Under the pieces are notes generated by a model that saw only the letters and a program-made list of their open reading frames with translations, made no database searches and had not been told where the DNA came from. The translations under genes and the position numbers were made by a program. From positions 361,450 to 425,449 of the forward strand of contig JACJZU010000001.1 in NCBI GenBank assembly GCA_020635435.1: a DNA stretch of 64,000 nucleotides. The letters run 5' to 3'. This stretch comes from Flavobacteriales bacterium. Its GTDB lineage: Bacteria; Bacteroidota; Bacteroidia; NS11-12g; UBA9320. Shown piece after piece: positions 1 through 9,097 of the stretch (position 1 is its first letter; every line of letters begins with the position of its first letter).

Positions 1-9
1 GGTCTGTAA

Positions 10-585
10 ATGAAAACAAGGATCAAGGCCTTTTTCGATTCCCTACAGCCCCTGCCGGATACGGAATGGAAGGCATTTGAAAGTTGCTTTGAACGGATGA
101 CCTTTCAAAAAGAGGAGGAACTTTTAAGCGAAGGTCGAGCCTGCGATTTCATTGGTTTCATCGAATCAGGGGTCATCCGTTTCTTTCAGGTCAAAGATGG
201 AACAGAAAAGGTAACGGCATTCTGGTTCTCCGGAGATTTCCTCAGCAATTACAGAAGCTTTCTGTCGGGGCAGGCCTCCGATCATTACATTCAGGCACTC
301 ACGGATGGCTCCTATTACCGATTGAAACGCGAGGCACTCCTCAAATTATACGATCAATTCCCGCTGATCGATCGACTCGGTCGACTTATGGCTGAGCGCC
401 TGTACCTCATGGTCACCAACCGACTTGATAATCTGCTCAGTCAAACCCCTGAGGAACGTTACATGCAGCTGCAGTCTAAAAACTCCAAACTCCTTCAGGA
501 AATTCCGCAATACATGGTGGCCTCCTACTTGGGTATAAGCCCGGAGAGTTTGAGTCGCATCCGAAAAAGACTCAGCACTCGGTGA
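10..585 (+). CDS. Crp/Fnr family transcriptional regulator
   Basis: N-terminal cNMP-binding-like region (LLSEGRACDFIGFIESGVIR) and the typical Bacteroidota C-terminal HTH (IPQYMVASYLGISPESLSRIRK). Confidence 0.92.
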   Translation: MKTRIKAFFDSLQPLPDTEWKAFESCFERMTFQKEEELLSEGRACDFIGFIESGVIRFFQVKDGTEKVTAFWFSGDFLSNYRSFLSGQASDHYIQALTDGSYYRLKREALLKLYDQFPLIDRLGRLMAERLYLMVTNRLDNLLSQTPEERYMQLQSKNSKLLQEIPQYMVASYLGISPESLSRIRKRLSTR

Positions 586-589
586 TTTC

Positions 590-634
590 TTAACCAAAGT
601 CAATCACCCGAACACAGCGGTCATCGCACTTTTG
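590..634 (+). promoter_or_regulatory. Putative Crp/Fnr-type palindrome TTAAC-N4-GTCAA (590-603) plus a degenerate -7 element CACTTTTG (627-634)
   Basis: Imperfect palindrome directly after the regulator stop codon and upstream of the 663 gene; geometry resembles FNR/CRP boxes. Function is inferred. Confidence 0.4.
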
Positions 635-662
635 TCTCCTGAAAAGAACAAACTTTTAAGAG

Positions 663-1244
663 ATGAAAAAACTAAGCCTCATTATCATTCTACTTGGTTT
701 CTTAACGCAGGTTTCAGCCCAGAACTCTCCGGACGACACCTACTCACCCAAATGGGGTGTTGAACTCAACCTGCTATGGCCGATCTTCCCGGGGAACATT
801 TACAAAGGTCAGGTTACTTACGAAACCTGGCGGACGGATCAACTTGCGGGGGATGTCTATTTGGGATTTCACATTCGTCCGTTTGAATTCAGGGAAAGAG
901 AAGGCGATTTTTCCAATTATGCCTTAACCTTTGGCTACAGGCAATTCATCTGGGAAAGGCTACATCTGGAACTCTATCAGGCCTTTGGACCCGGTTTCAA
1001 CAGAAACAACGCGATCGATGGAAAAAACTACAACAGTTGGGATTATGAAGTGGGCTTCCTTGCGGGATACCGCTATGAATTCAAAACGATCGAAAAGAAA
1101 GATGGGAAGAAAATAACACCGTATCTCAGTTCACAACACGGTATGTTCTACCTGGCCGCCCAGAGCAATCCACACCCGATCGTGGACTTTGAAGGCGAAA
1201 GACCATTTTACGTGGGAACATTGAATTTAGGGGTCAGGTTCTGA
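663..1244 (+). CDS. Small outer-membrane beta-barrel protein (DUF3575-like)
   Basis: Signal peptide ending VSA|Q, alternating amphipathic strands, C-terminal GTLNLGVRF with terminal Phe. Confidence 0.65.
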   Translation: MKKLSLIIILLGFLTQVSAQNSPDDTYSPKWGVELNLLWPIFPGNIYKGQVTYETWRTDQLAGDVYLGFHIRPFEFREREGDFSNYALTFGYRQFIWERLHLELYQAFGPGFNRNNAIDGKNYNSWDYEVGFLAGYRYEFKTIEKKDGKKITPYLSSQHGMFYLAAQSNPHPIVDFEGERPFYVGTLNLGVRF

Positions 1245-1362
1245 TCGAGGCGATCAGAACCGATCAGCGAAATGTGGATACACTGCCAATAGTGCGGCTG
1301 GATAAATGTGTCAGATCCGGTCAATCCGGACCTTTTATCGACCAACTGTTTCAAAAATTAAC

Positions 1363-1383
1363 TTATAGTAATTTGTACTTTAA
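1363..1383. promoter_or_regulatory. 21-bp palindromic operator, copy 1 (TTATAGTAATTTGTACTTTAA), NrtR-type GT-N7-AC
   Basis: 19/21 identical to the reverse complement of 10777-10797; lies 41 nt upstream of the ATG at 1425. Confidence 0.75.
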
Positions 1384-1424
1384 GTTTTTTGTTGTTTATT
1401 TGATGAACTTTTAAAAGGAAAAGA

Positions 1425-2786
1425 ATGAAAAAGACAGTTACTCTATTCAGCCTGATGGCCCTTGCAAGTATGGGTTTTGCTCAGGCACCTACTACCGGAG
1501 CTCCGGATCCTATGGATGCGGACTCGAATGTGATCTCCCTGTTCAGCGGTGCATATACCAATGTTGGTGTAAACTCCTGGAGAACGGATTGGTCGTCCGG
1601 TAAGCTCACCGACACAACCATCGATGGCAACGCCATGAAGAAATACTATGATATGGGTGTTGTCGGCATTGAAACTACAGGTGCAAACCTGATCGATGCT
1701 TCTGAAATGACGCACATCAATTTCGACCTGTGGACCTCTGATGCGTCTGTTTTCAAGATCAAATTGGTTGATTTTGGTGCAGACGGGATCTACAGTCCTG
1801 CCAATATGGGTGGCGACGATTCGGAACATGAACTGGTTCTGGGAACGAACGACAACAAAAATGAGTGGATCAATTACCAAATTCCTTTGACCTTCTTCAC
1901 AGGTCTTACCGGTAAGGCGCACATGGCTCAGTATATCCTGGTTGCTGAACCATTTGGGACTGCCACCGTTTACATCGACAACATCTACTTCAGCAAACGT
2001 CCGGCTGATGCCATGCCAACAGCAGCTGCTGCAGACCCAACAGCCGATGCCGCCGATGTTATTTCGATGTTCTGCGACAAGTACACCGATGTTACTGTGG
2101 ACACCTGGAGAACCCCTTGGTCTACAGCTACTCTGGAAGATATACAGATCGATGGCAACAACGTGAAGAAATACTCAGCCGTTGGTGTTATCGGTGTTGA
2201 AGCAGTTGGTGCAAATCTGATCGATGCGAGCGAGATGGATTATTTCCACATCTCTGTATTCAGCCCAACTTTCAGTGCCTTCAAGGTCAAATTAGTTGAC
2301 TGGGGTGCCGATGGCGGTTATGCAGGTGGCGATGATACAGAACACGAACTCACTTTCGACGCGCCGGCTAAAGGCGAGTGGATCGATTACAAGATCGCGA
2401 TGTCGGATTTTACAGGACTTACCAACCGCAGCAAACTGGCACAATTCATCTTCGTTGCTGAAACCCGCGGAATTCCAACTGTTTACATCGACAACGTTTA
2501 CTTCAGCAAAGATGCCACCGGAAGCGTAAGCGATGCCGCTCAGAAGGGTATACGAGTTTATCCGAATCCGGCAACTTCAACGCTCAACATCGACCTCAAC
2601 TCGTTCAGCGCAGGTATCGCCAAGGTGGAGATCTGCGACATTCACGGAAGAACAGTACGCACCGAGGACTTGGGAGCGGATCAATTAACTCATTCCCTGG
2701 ATGTGAGCGAATTGAAATCTGGAATCTACTTCGTGAACATGAAGAGCGACGGTAATATCTTCACTCAGCGAATTGTGATCGAATAA
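1425..2786 (+). CDS. T9SS-secreted non-catalytic protein with two tandem carbohydrate-binding-like modules
   Basis: Signal peptide; two homologous repeats of about 175 aa (VISLFSGAYTNV..WRTDWS / VISMFCDKYTDV..WRTPWS; both contain GANLIDASEM, KLVD(F/W)GADG and VYIDN(I/V)YFSK); C-terminal VYPNPA...GIYFV CTD. Confidence 0.8.
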   Translation: MKKTVTLFSLMALASMGFAQAPTTGAPDPMDADSNVISLFSGAYTNVGVNSWRTDWSSGKLTDTTIDGNAMKKYYDMGVVGIETTGANLIDASEMTHINFDLWTSDASVFKIKLVDFGADGIYSPANMGGDDSEHELVLGTNDNKNEWINYQIPLTFFTGLTGKAHMAQYILVAEPFGTATVYIDNIYFSKRPADAMPTAAAADPTADAADVISMFCDKYTDVTVDTWRTPWSTATLEDIQIDGNNVKKYSAVGVIGVEAVGANLIDASEMDYFHISVFSPTFSAFKVKLVDWGADGGYAGGDDTEHELTFDAPAKGEWIDYKIAMSDFTGLTNRSKLAQFIFVAETRGIPTVYIDNVYFSKDATGSVSDAAQKGIRVYPNPATSTLNIDLNSFSAGIAKVEICDIHGRTVRTEDLGADQLTHSLDVSELKSGIYFVNMKSDGNIFTQRIVIE

Positions 2787-2807
2787 TTCACGTCGCTACA
2801 TAATACG

Positions 2808-2837
2808 AAAGGCCATCTTTTCAGGTGGCCTTTTTTT
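2808..2837. terminator. Intrinsic terminator, probably bidirectional
   Basis: AAAGGCCATC-TTTTCA-GGTGGCCTTT hairpin followed by a T run, between convergent genes. Confidence 0.85.
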
Positions 2838-2883
2838 GTGCCCGGATTTCCCAATCCAAAAGGCTATTCCTGTGCTCAGCTGC

Positions 2884-5800
2884 TTACAGATGCGGAGCGC
2901 AATGTACTTCCACCCATTCAATTTGCCCGTTTCGGAGGAATATGCTCCGGGAATCTGCCTCGTTCAACGCATTACCCTCTATACTCCGCTCCTCACCTCC
3001 CGGCTCATGCAACACAATATAGGATCGTTCAGACTGCTTGTAAACGATTGGCGTCTGACAAAACGTAAAGGCAAGACTTCCGGACTCCACAAGCATTGTT
3101 CTCCATTCAGAGCCTAATGAGTAATAGCTGAATTGCGACGGCGCCTCGAGAAATTCCTTCTTTCGAAGTATTCTGGGATCGAATTGCAGACAACCTTTTT
3201 CAATATGAATCCCCAATTCTGCCCAGCGATTGATCACGTCTTCTTTTACCTGTCCGGTCATACCGGGTTGTTGAGCACCCGCATGCATTGGCGTATGGGA
3301 ATAGGCATCTGTAGGGAATGCACCGTACAATTCCGGTGTTTTATTCACACCGATGCCTGCTCTAATTTCGTAGTAATGTTCTACCAAACGTCCGAATATT
3401 TCAGGGTTTATACCTTGTCGTTCGGCACGGTGAATGGTTTCCTGAACGGCCAGTAATAGTTTGGAGACCATATGCCAATAGATGGAACCCAGGCCTTCAT
3501 AACCGAAAAACGTACCCGATCTCCCGGTGAACGCGCTGTGATCGAACATCTGTTCGAAAAGCTCCACCACCTTCTCCCCATGGTCGAAAACCTGTCGTGT
3601 CCAACCCTCCTGTTCGAGCGTTTCCAACGTAAGACGTATATCATCCGCATTGTGGATGCCGGCACTGAAGTGGAATATCCCGTTCTCATCGCGCTCTACC
3701 AATCGTACATCTCCGGCTTCAGCCAGTTGTTCCAACAAAGGGCATGTTTCTGAAAACTCCATGGGTATGGTGTTTTTCTCGAGCATACCAGGAAGCCTAC
3801 GGTTCGGATACAACATGTAACTGTACTGATCCGGACGGTACATGGCACTTGATTTCAAGCTATCCAGTAAATAGAGCGACTCTTCAGCCGATAATAATCC
3901 CGAACTCAGAACAGCGACCTGACCTTCCAACATTTCATATAAATGCCTTACCGCGGCCTTTTCCCCCTGCAAACTGAGTAGGTTATAGGAATGATAGAGC
4001 CCGTCTTTGCGTTTATTGTGCTGTATCGTATCGTCGCAGAACCTCAAAACCAGTTCCAGAAGCGACAGTATTTTTTCGATGCGTATCTCATCTACCCTTC
4101 CAGTTAAACCGGCATAGGCCAGGGCGCGATATTGTTCTCCGACCGCCCCAAGATCATCCACCATAACCCGGCGTGCACGATCATCCATATGTTCTGCCAG
4201 CAGACCAATATGGCGCGCAAACACCTCTTCCAAAGCAACGATCATTTGCGCAACGGGTCGGTTGAATGCAATGGTTTCTGTACCGGAATCGCGCAGGAAC
4301 TGAAACAATTGTTTTACAAACCTGCGCAGGTAACAAAGCGTCACCACAGACACACCATTCCCAACCAGCGCATTGTTCGCATCGTTCCACTCCGGCCTTT
4401 GGGTATTCAGCCAGATTCCGGCCCTTGGAATGAAGTTGCTGAGCTTCGCACAGAGCATCACCATCAGTTTCTCCCCCAAATTGGCTCGCAAGGGTTCTCC
4501 ATCTTCATCCCAAACGAGTTTGCCATCGGCCCCCACTTGTTCCACCCGCGCACGGATCAGATGATCGAGATCCCGATCGAAGAGGATCGTATTCCGCGGA
4601 TCCTGAACAAGATCGTGATAGCTGCGTATGCGATAGGGCACATTAGCATACACGAAAAATGGCTTGTTCAACAAGTGCAGCAATCGATCTGGGTGAAATC
4701 GAGTGCTAAGCTCAAATAATTTGAGGAAGTAGATTATTTGATGATCCCCCCAATAACCAATGTAGGACCAGGGATCATCCTCCTCTTCCACTTCCCAGTC
4801 TATTCCATCTTTCGATATGCGATATGGATTGTATCCATCTAATGTGGACGCATTTAAGAAACGGACCACAAAGCTTTCCGTAAATTCCGGGAAACTGTAG
4901 GCAAGGGCTTCCCAATTCTGAAATATATCGCGCCAATTGCCTTCATAGTTTCTCAATTTGTTCCCCTGTGCATCGCGGGTCTCTATGGAAAAATAGTTCC
5001 ATGGCCTGCTGGGGTCTCCGTGTCGGCGGCTAAAGTAGAGCGGTAAATACTCGTAACACAAACGGATCACATCCGGATCGCCATTTTCACGAGCTTTGGC
5101 TAACAGAACTCCGAGTTCAGATTCGGGTTCCAATCCATCCCAAAAGGCCCTGTTTCGCAAGAAAACTGTATGATTAGCGTGCCGAACATGTTCCAGCAAT
5201 TCGGATCTATGAATGATGTACTCCTCGTCGAATAAGCCCCCGCGCATGATGTTGAACAGCACATTGGAATAATGCCGGGCAGTTGATAGAACATCCGACC
5301 CAAGCTGCATCCCATCACTCATCGCCACAAGTTCACGCAAGGCTCGGCCGCTGGTCTCAATATCAGCCAGAAGTCTGGCCTCCAGATCAGGCTCTTTCAG
5401 CAATTTCCTCAGGTTGTGAATGTCGCTGTGCGAGCAATTCACATCGAATACCTGGTGCCATTGACGACGTTCCCCTGGTTTAAGATCAAGGTTCAACAAA
5501 TTCAGGAATGCACCTTTTTCAGCCATTACATCAGTTTCTGTATGCACATGGGCTCCCTGTCTGAAGGCTTTCACTTGCTTCATGCTCACCAGGTATTCCT
5601 TTACATCCGCACCACACATCCACGCTGTTGTTGCAAGCAGAGCCTCACTCGGTTCAGCTTTATCTATGATCATGGAACTGAGCGCATACATGGCCAGTCC
5701 TGAATCTACATCCAATTCATTGCGCTTATAGGCGTCCACCAGCGTGCTGCGTTGCAACTGCAACTGGGAGGGTACACCCGAAGGCAGAATGTTGGAAACA

Positions 5801-6312
5801 CCGTCAAGCACTTCAACCTGCATGGCTTCATTACCGGTGGCGACGATACTTGAACTTTTTACAAAGCCGTAATGCTCGGAGAAGGTCCACATATAACTGA
5901 AAACCAGACCCAGATCGTGATTCTCTTCCTCGAAAAGTACTTTGTTGCCCGTCGCATTTTTAAGAATGTTCCGGGTGATCGTGAAATATTCATCTCCGAT
6001 AGTTGAAAAGGGCTCCCAGATCTTCAGTTTACCTGCTTCGTTGAAACGCACCAAAGTCCTGTTACCGGTTATCCCGGCCATTTCCAGGATCATATCGTCG
6101 GTATAATAAGGGAACAAGGCCGACTCGGCATTCTTTCTACCCGCAGTAAGCCCCCCATTGCTTCCAATGAACATCCAATGATCGCCTGAGCTCACCAGGG
6201 TCATCAAGAAAGGACGCATACCGGCACAGTCCGGTATCTTGTAGAATATTTCGCCATCTAACCGTACGATCTCCAGTTCACGGCTATTGATTTTTGCTTC
6301 GCTCATCTTCAA
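2884..6312 (-). CDS. Probable GH149 beta-1,3-glucan phosphorylase (cytoplasmic)
   Basis: 1142 aa, no signal peptide. Motifs HWMFIGSNGGLTAGRK, RRHGDPSRPWN, NYEGNWRDIFQNWEAL, DGYNPYRI, YEGLGSIYWHMVSKL and GAQQPGMTGQVKED match GH149 as I recall them; beta-glucanase neighbours support the call. Confidence 0.82.
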   Translation of the reverse strand: MKMSEAKINSRELEIVRLDGEIFYKIPDCAGMRPFLMTLVSSGDHWMFIGSNGGLTAGRKNAESALFPYYTDDMILEMAGITGNRTLVRFNEAGKLKIWEPFSTIGDEYFTITRNILKNATGNKVLFEEENHDLGLVFSYMWTFSEHYGFVKSSSIVATGNEAMQVEVLDGVSNILPSGVPSQLQLQRSTLVDAYKRNELDVDSGLAMYALSSMIIDKAEPSEALLATTAWMCGADVKEYLVSMKQVKAFRQGAHVHTETDVMAEKGAFLNLLNLDLKPGERRQWHQVFDVNCSHSDIHNLRKLLKEPDLEARLLADIETSGRALRELVAMSDGMQLGSDVLSTARHYSNVLFNIMRGGLFDEEYIIHRSELLEHVRHANHTVFLRNRAFWDGLEPESELGVLLAKARENGDPDVIRLCYEYLPLYFSRRHGDPSRPWNYFSIETRDAQGNKLRNYEGNWRDIFQNWEALAYSFPEFTESFVVRFLNASTLDGYNPYRISKDGIDWEVEEEDDPWSYIGYWGDHQIIYFLKLFELSTRFHPDRLLHLLNKPFFVYANVPYRIRSYHDLVQDPRNTILFDRDLDHLIRARVEQVGADGKLVWDEDGEPLRANLGEKLMVMLCAKLSNFIPRAGIWLNTQRPEWNDANNALVGNGVSVVTLCYLRRFVKQLFQFLRDSGTETIAFNRPVAQMIVALEEVFARHIGLLAEHMDDRARRVMVDDLGAVGEQYRALAYAGLTGRVDEIRIEKILSLLELVLRFCDDTIQHNKRKDGLYHSYNLLSLQGEKAAVRHLYEMLEGQVAVLSSGLLSAEESLYLLDSLKSSAMYRPDQYSYMLYPNRRLPGMLEKNTIPMEFSETCPLLEQLAEAGDVRLVERDENGIFHFSAGIHNADDIRLTLETLEQEGWTRQVFDHGEKVVELFEQMFDHSAFTGRSGTFFGYEGLGSIYWHMVSKLLLAVQETIHRAERQGINPEIFGRLVEHYYEIRAGIGVNKTPELYGAFPTDAYSHTPMHAGAQQPGMTGQVKEDVINRWAELGIHIEKGCLQFDPRILRKKEFLEAPSQFSYYSLGSEWRTMLVESGSLAFTFCQTPIVYKQSERSYIVLHEPGGEERSIEGNALNEADSRSIFLRNGQIEWVEVHCAPHL

Positions 6313-6318
6313 CTTTGA

Positions 6319-7848
6319 CTATTTAAATTGATCGTTCAGTACAATTGTTTGTATGCTTTGCGCATCCATACGGGAAGCGACAATTTTTCCATTGATCTCA
6401 ATTTCAATTTGTTCCGGTTTCTCGCTCATATTGAGCACGACCACGACAATTTCTCCACCCGGATTGCGCACCGCTGTGCTCATCAGCCGGTCTGAACTTT
6501 GTTCAATCCCAACCCTTTGCGCGCCCGGTTCAATGAATTTGCTGAAATGTGCCATGATGTAGTAAAGCGGGGTAAAATATGCCTCGTTCGAGGCAGTGTC
6601 TACAATGACCGGAGCCGTACACCAATTCTTAGCGTGATTTGGCCCCCCCTGCCGATCGAGTATCATATTCCAATCCACCCAACCCTCTACATGGCTATTC
6701 AAACAACCAATAATATCCCGTGCATAGCGATATACCGGCACATATTTCGGATGATCCTTTTTCAGGTGTTCCGGAGCCCAATCCCAACCCCAATCCGTGG
6801 CCTCTTTTTTCCAATACCAGGCATCGTCTTTCCATTTGGGGACCTCTGCATCTACACAGCCCTCCGTGTGCAGGATGTGCTTTTCGGGTCCAAGACTTTT
6901 CACATGATCCAGATTCTCAGGCATCCAGTTAGTAGTATTGCTGTACCAATGTACGGCCGTACCGTAGATCGCACTTCGTACCGCGCTGTCCTTGAGCAAA
7001 ATCTCCGACCATTTGATCAATTCTTCATCGCGGTTCTGGTCATAGACCAGGATCTTGGATGATACACCAGCCTGTTTCAGTTCCGGGGCCAGATACCGAA
7101 CCACAAAATCGGCAGTTTCTTCAGGTGTATAGTGCATGGACTCCCAATGCGAATCGTTGCCTAATGGTTCATTTTCTACCGTAAATGCCCAGATATCAAT
7201 GCCTTCTTGTTTCATTTCCAAGGCATAACGGGTAAAAAAACGAGCCCAGCTCGGATAATATTCCTTCAGAAGCTTCCCCCCAAACCATGCCTGGTTATCC
7301 TTCATCCAGGGAGGCGCTGTCCAGGGCGATGCGATCACCTTAAAACCTCGTTTGGAAACACCCTGGGCCATTTTTATCATAGGAATGATGTCGCCCCGGT
7401 CTTCATCCAGAGAAAATGAATTCAGCTGCGTGTCGCCCTCCAGCGGGACATAACTGTATGACCTCAATGAAAAATCACAACTGTTCATGTGCGTTCGGGT
7501 AAGGCTGTAGCGGGCACCATCATCTCCGAAATAGGCTTCAATGATCTCTTTCCGCAATTGCGGATCCAGGGCAAATAACAGATGTGCTGAGGATTCTGTA
7601 AAAGCACCTCCAAAACCGGTGATCTGCTGATAGACTTCAGTTGTATCCAAAATGATCCTCAACACCTCTTTTAGATCAGATGCCCGGCTTGTCGAAGTAA
7701 TTAACTTCAACTTATCGCCGGAAGCCGATGTTTGATAAATGCGGTATCCGGTTTCAGCACCATGCGGAGCGCGAACACATCCAAATCCCGCTAAAATGCT
7801 GAGAAACAGGATGATGGCAACAAGACCTGCATCCCTATTTCCGCTCAT
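6319..7848 (-). CDS. GH30 glycoside hydrolase lipoprotein (glucosylceramidase-like; probable beta-1,6-debranching glucosidase)
   Basis: GFGGAFTE, RTHMNSCDFS, SPWTAPPWMK, VENEP (acid/base), HTEGC (nucleophile), DWNMILD. Lipobox-like AGFGC. Start moved to the ATG at 7848 (ORF track starts at 7884). Confidence 0.9.
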   Translation of the reverse strand: MSGNRDAGLVAIILFLSILAGFGCVRAPHGAETGYRIYQTSASGDKLKLITSTSRASDLKEVLRIILDTTEVYQQITGFGGAFTESSAHLLFALDPQLRKEIIEAYFGDDGARYSLTRTHMNSCDFSLRSYSYVPLEGDTQLNSFSLDEDRGDIIPMIKMAQGVSKRGFKVIASPWTAPPWMKDNQAWFGGKLLKEYYPSWARFFTRYALEMKQEGIDIWAFTVENEPLGNDSHWESMHYTPEETADFVVRYLAPELKQAGVSSKILVYDQNRDEELIKWSEILLKDSAVRSAIYGTAVHWYSNTTNWMPENLDHVKSLGPEKHILHTEGCVDAEVPKWKDDAWYWKKEATDWGWDWAPEHLKKDHPKYVPVYRYARDIIGCLNSHVEGWVDWNMILDRQGGPNHAKNWCTAPVIVDTASNEAYFTPLYYIMAHFSKFIEPGAQRVGIEQSSDRLMSTAVRNPGGEIVVVVLNMSEKPEQIEIEINGKIVASRMDAQSIQTIVLNDQFK

Positions 7849-9091
7849 AAACACGCACGTGGTCCACGATAAATTCCTGCTCACTTATGTCTGGGTCTAT
7901 GCCTTTTGCACCACCCCAACCTCCTCCTACAGCCAGATTCAAGATAATATTCTGCGCTTTGTGGAATGGCCATTCCAGGGTATCCGCATTCTTATCATAG
8001 GTATAGTAACGCTTCCCATCAACCGATCCATAGATCACGTCCGGATACCATTCCACCGAATAGGTATGGAACGAATCGCGCATATGATGCACTACCGTAT
8101 CGGCACCGATCTGATTTCCCTGCTTAAAATAATAACTTCGGGTATGGCAAGTCGCATGATTGATCCCGTGTCCGGTCTCCGGATCCATCTCAAAACCGAC
8201 AGATTCCAATACATCGATCTCCCCACAATAGGGCCACGAGATCTCGTCGCGGTAAGAATCACCCAACAACCAACCGGCAGTCCAGGTACCACGTCCGCCC
8301 GGGATCTTAGCCCGGAATTCGATCTTGCCGTAGGTGAAAGAAACCTTACCCTGAGTCGTGAGCCGGGCCGAAGTCCAGGAACCGGTATTAGCGTCCTTTA
8401 CCGCCCCTATTCTCAATACACCGTTCTCAACCCGTACATTCTGTGTATCCGCAAGTGTATAATACTGAAGTTCGTTATTTCCCCAACCCCAGTTTCCTAC
8501 ATTATATGCCCACTTGTTACTATCCGGCAATCCGGAACCATCAAATTCGTCGCTCCATTTTAATTGCCATTCCGTGCCATCCATGTTCTGGATCTGATTG
8601 GTAGGTGTGGTCTTGTGCGCGTGCATCAGTTCAAGGTGTATGGATCTTAACAAGACCCGATCACGCTCGGCATGGATTCGAATGTTGTGTTTGCCTTTTT
8701 GAAGCGGAGAACCATCTATGTTTGATCCGTCCTCGTTGAAAAGCATATTACCGGTTATGTTGTACGTGCGCCCATCGGTATTATGAACGTAATCCTCTAG
8801 CCATATAAACCCCGAATCGGAACTTCCGGCAACACGCACTCGATACCTTCCGCTAACCGGAACATCCAATTCATATTCCGCCCAGGAACCGGGTGTCATT
8901 TCAAGAGCATCCTGTTCTACCCGGATGTCGCCTTCTATAGCCAAATGCTCAGAGAGTTTGAAAACCAGTCCTTGAACCGACCCTTCTCTATTGCTCTTGC
9001 ACGAAACAACCGAAAGCACCAAAAGGAGGGATGCAAACGGCATGATCGACCGGGTATATCTGCTGATGGATACCTGAAATTTCTGCATCAT
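7835..9091 (-). CDS. GH16 endo-beta-1,3-glucanase (laminarinase type) lipoprotein with N-terminal CBM-like module
   Basis: WSDEFDG, WGNNELQYYT, WPYCGEIDVLE (E-x-D-x-x-E), LNLAVGGGWGG; lipobox VVSC. Confidence 0.92.
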   Translation of the reverse strand: MMQKFQVSISRYTRSIMPFASLLLVLSVVSCKSNREGSVQGLVFKLSEHLAIEGDIRVEQDALEMTPGSWAEYELDVPVSGRYRVRVAGSSDSGFIWLEDYVHNTDGRTYNITGNMLFNEDGSNIDGSPLQKGKHNIRIHAERDRVLLRSIHLELMHAHKTTPTNQIQNMDGTEWQLKWSDEFDGSGLPDSNKWAYNVGNWGWGNNELQYYTLADTQNVRVENGVLRIGAVKDANTGSWTSARLTTQGKVSFTYGKIEFRAKIPGGRGTWTAGWLLGDSYRDEISWPYCGEIDVLESVGFEMDPETGHGINHATCHTRSYYFKQGNQIGADTVVHHMRDSFHTYSVEWYPDVIYGSVDGKRYYTYDKNADTLEWPFHKAQNIILNLAVGGGWGGAKGIDPDISEQEFIVDHVRVYERK

Positions 9092-9097
9092 CCGACC

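Noticed and set aside
6775-6800. CCAATCCCAACCCCAATCC short repeat
   Set aside because: Reverse complement of the Trp-rich coding segment DWGWDW in GH30.
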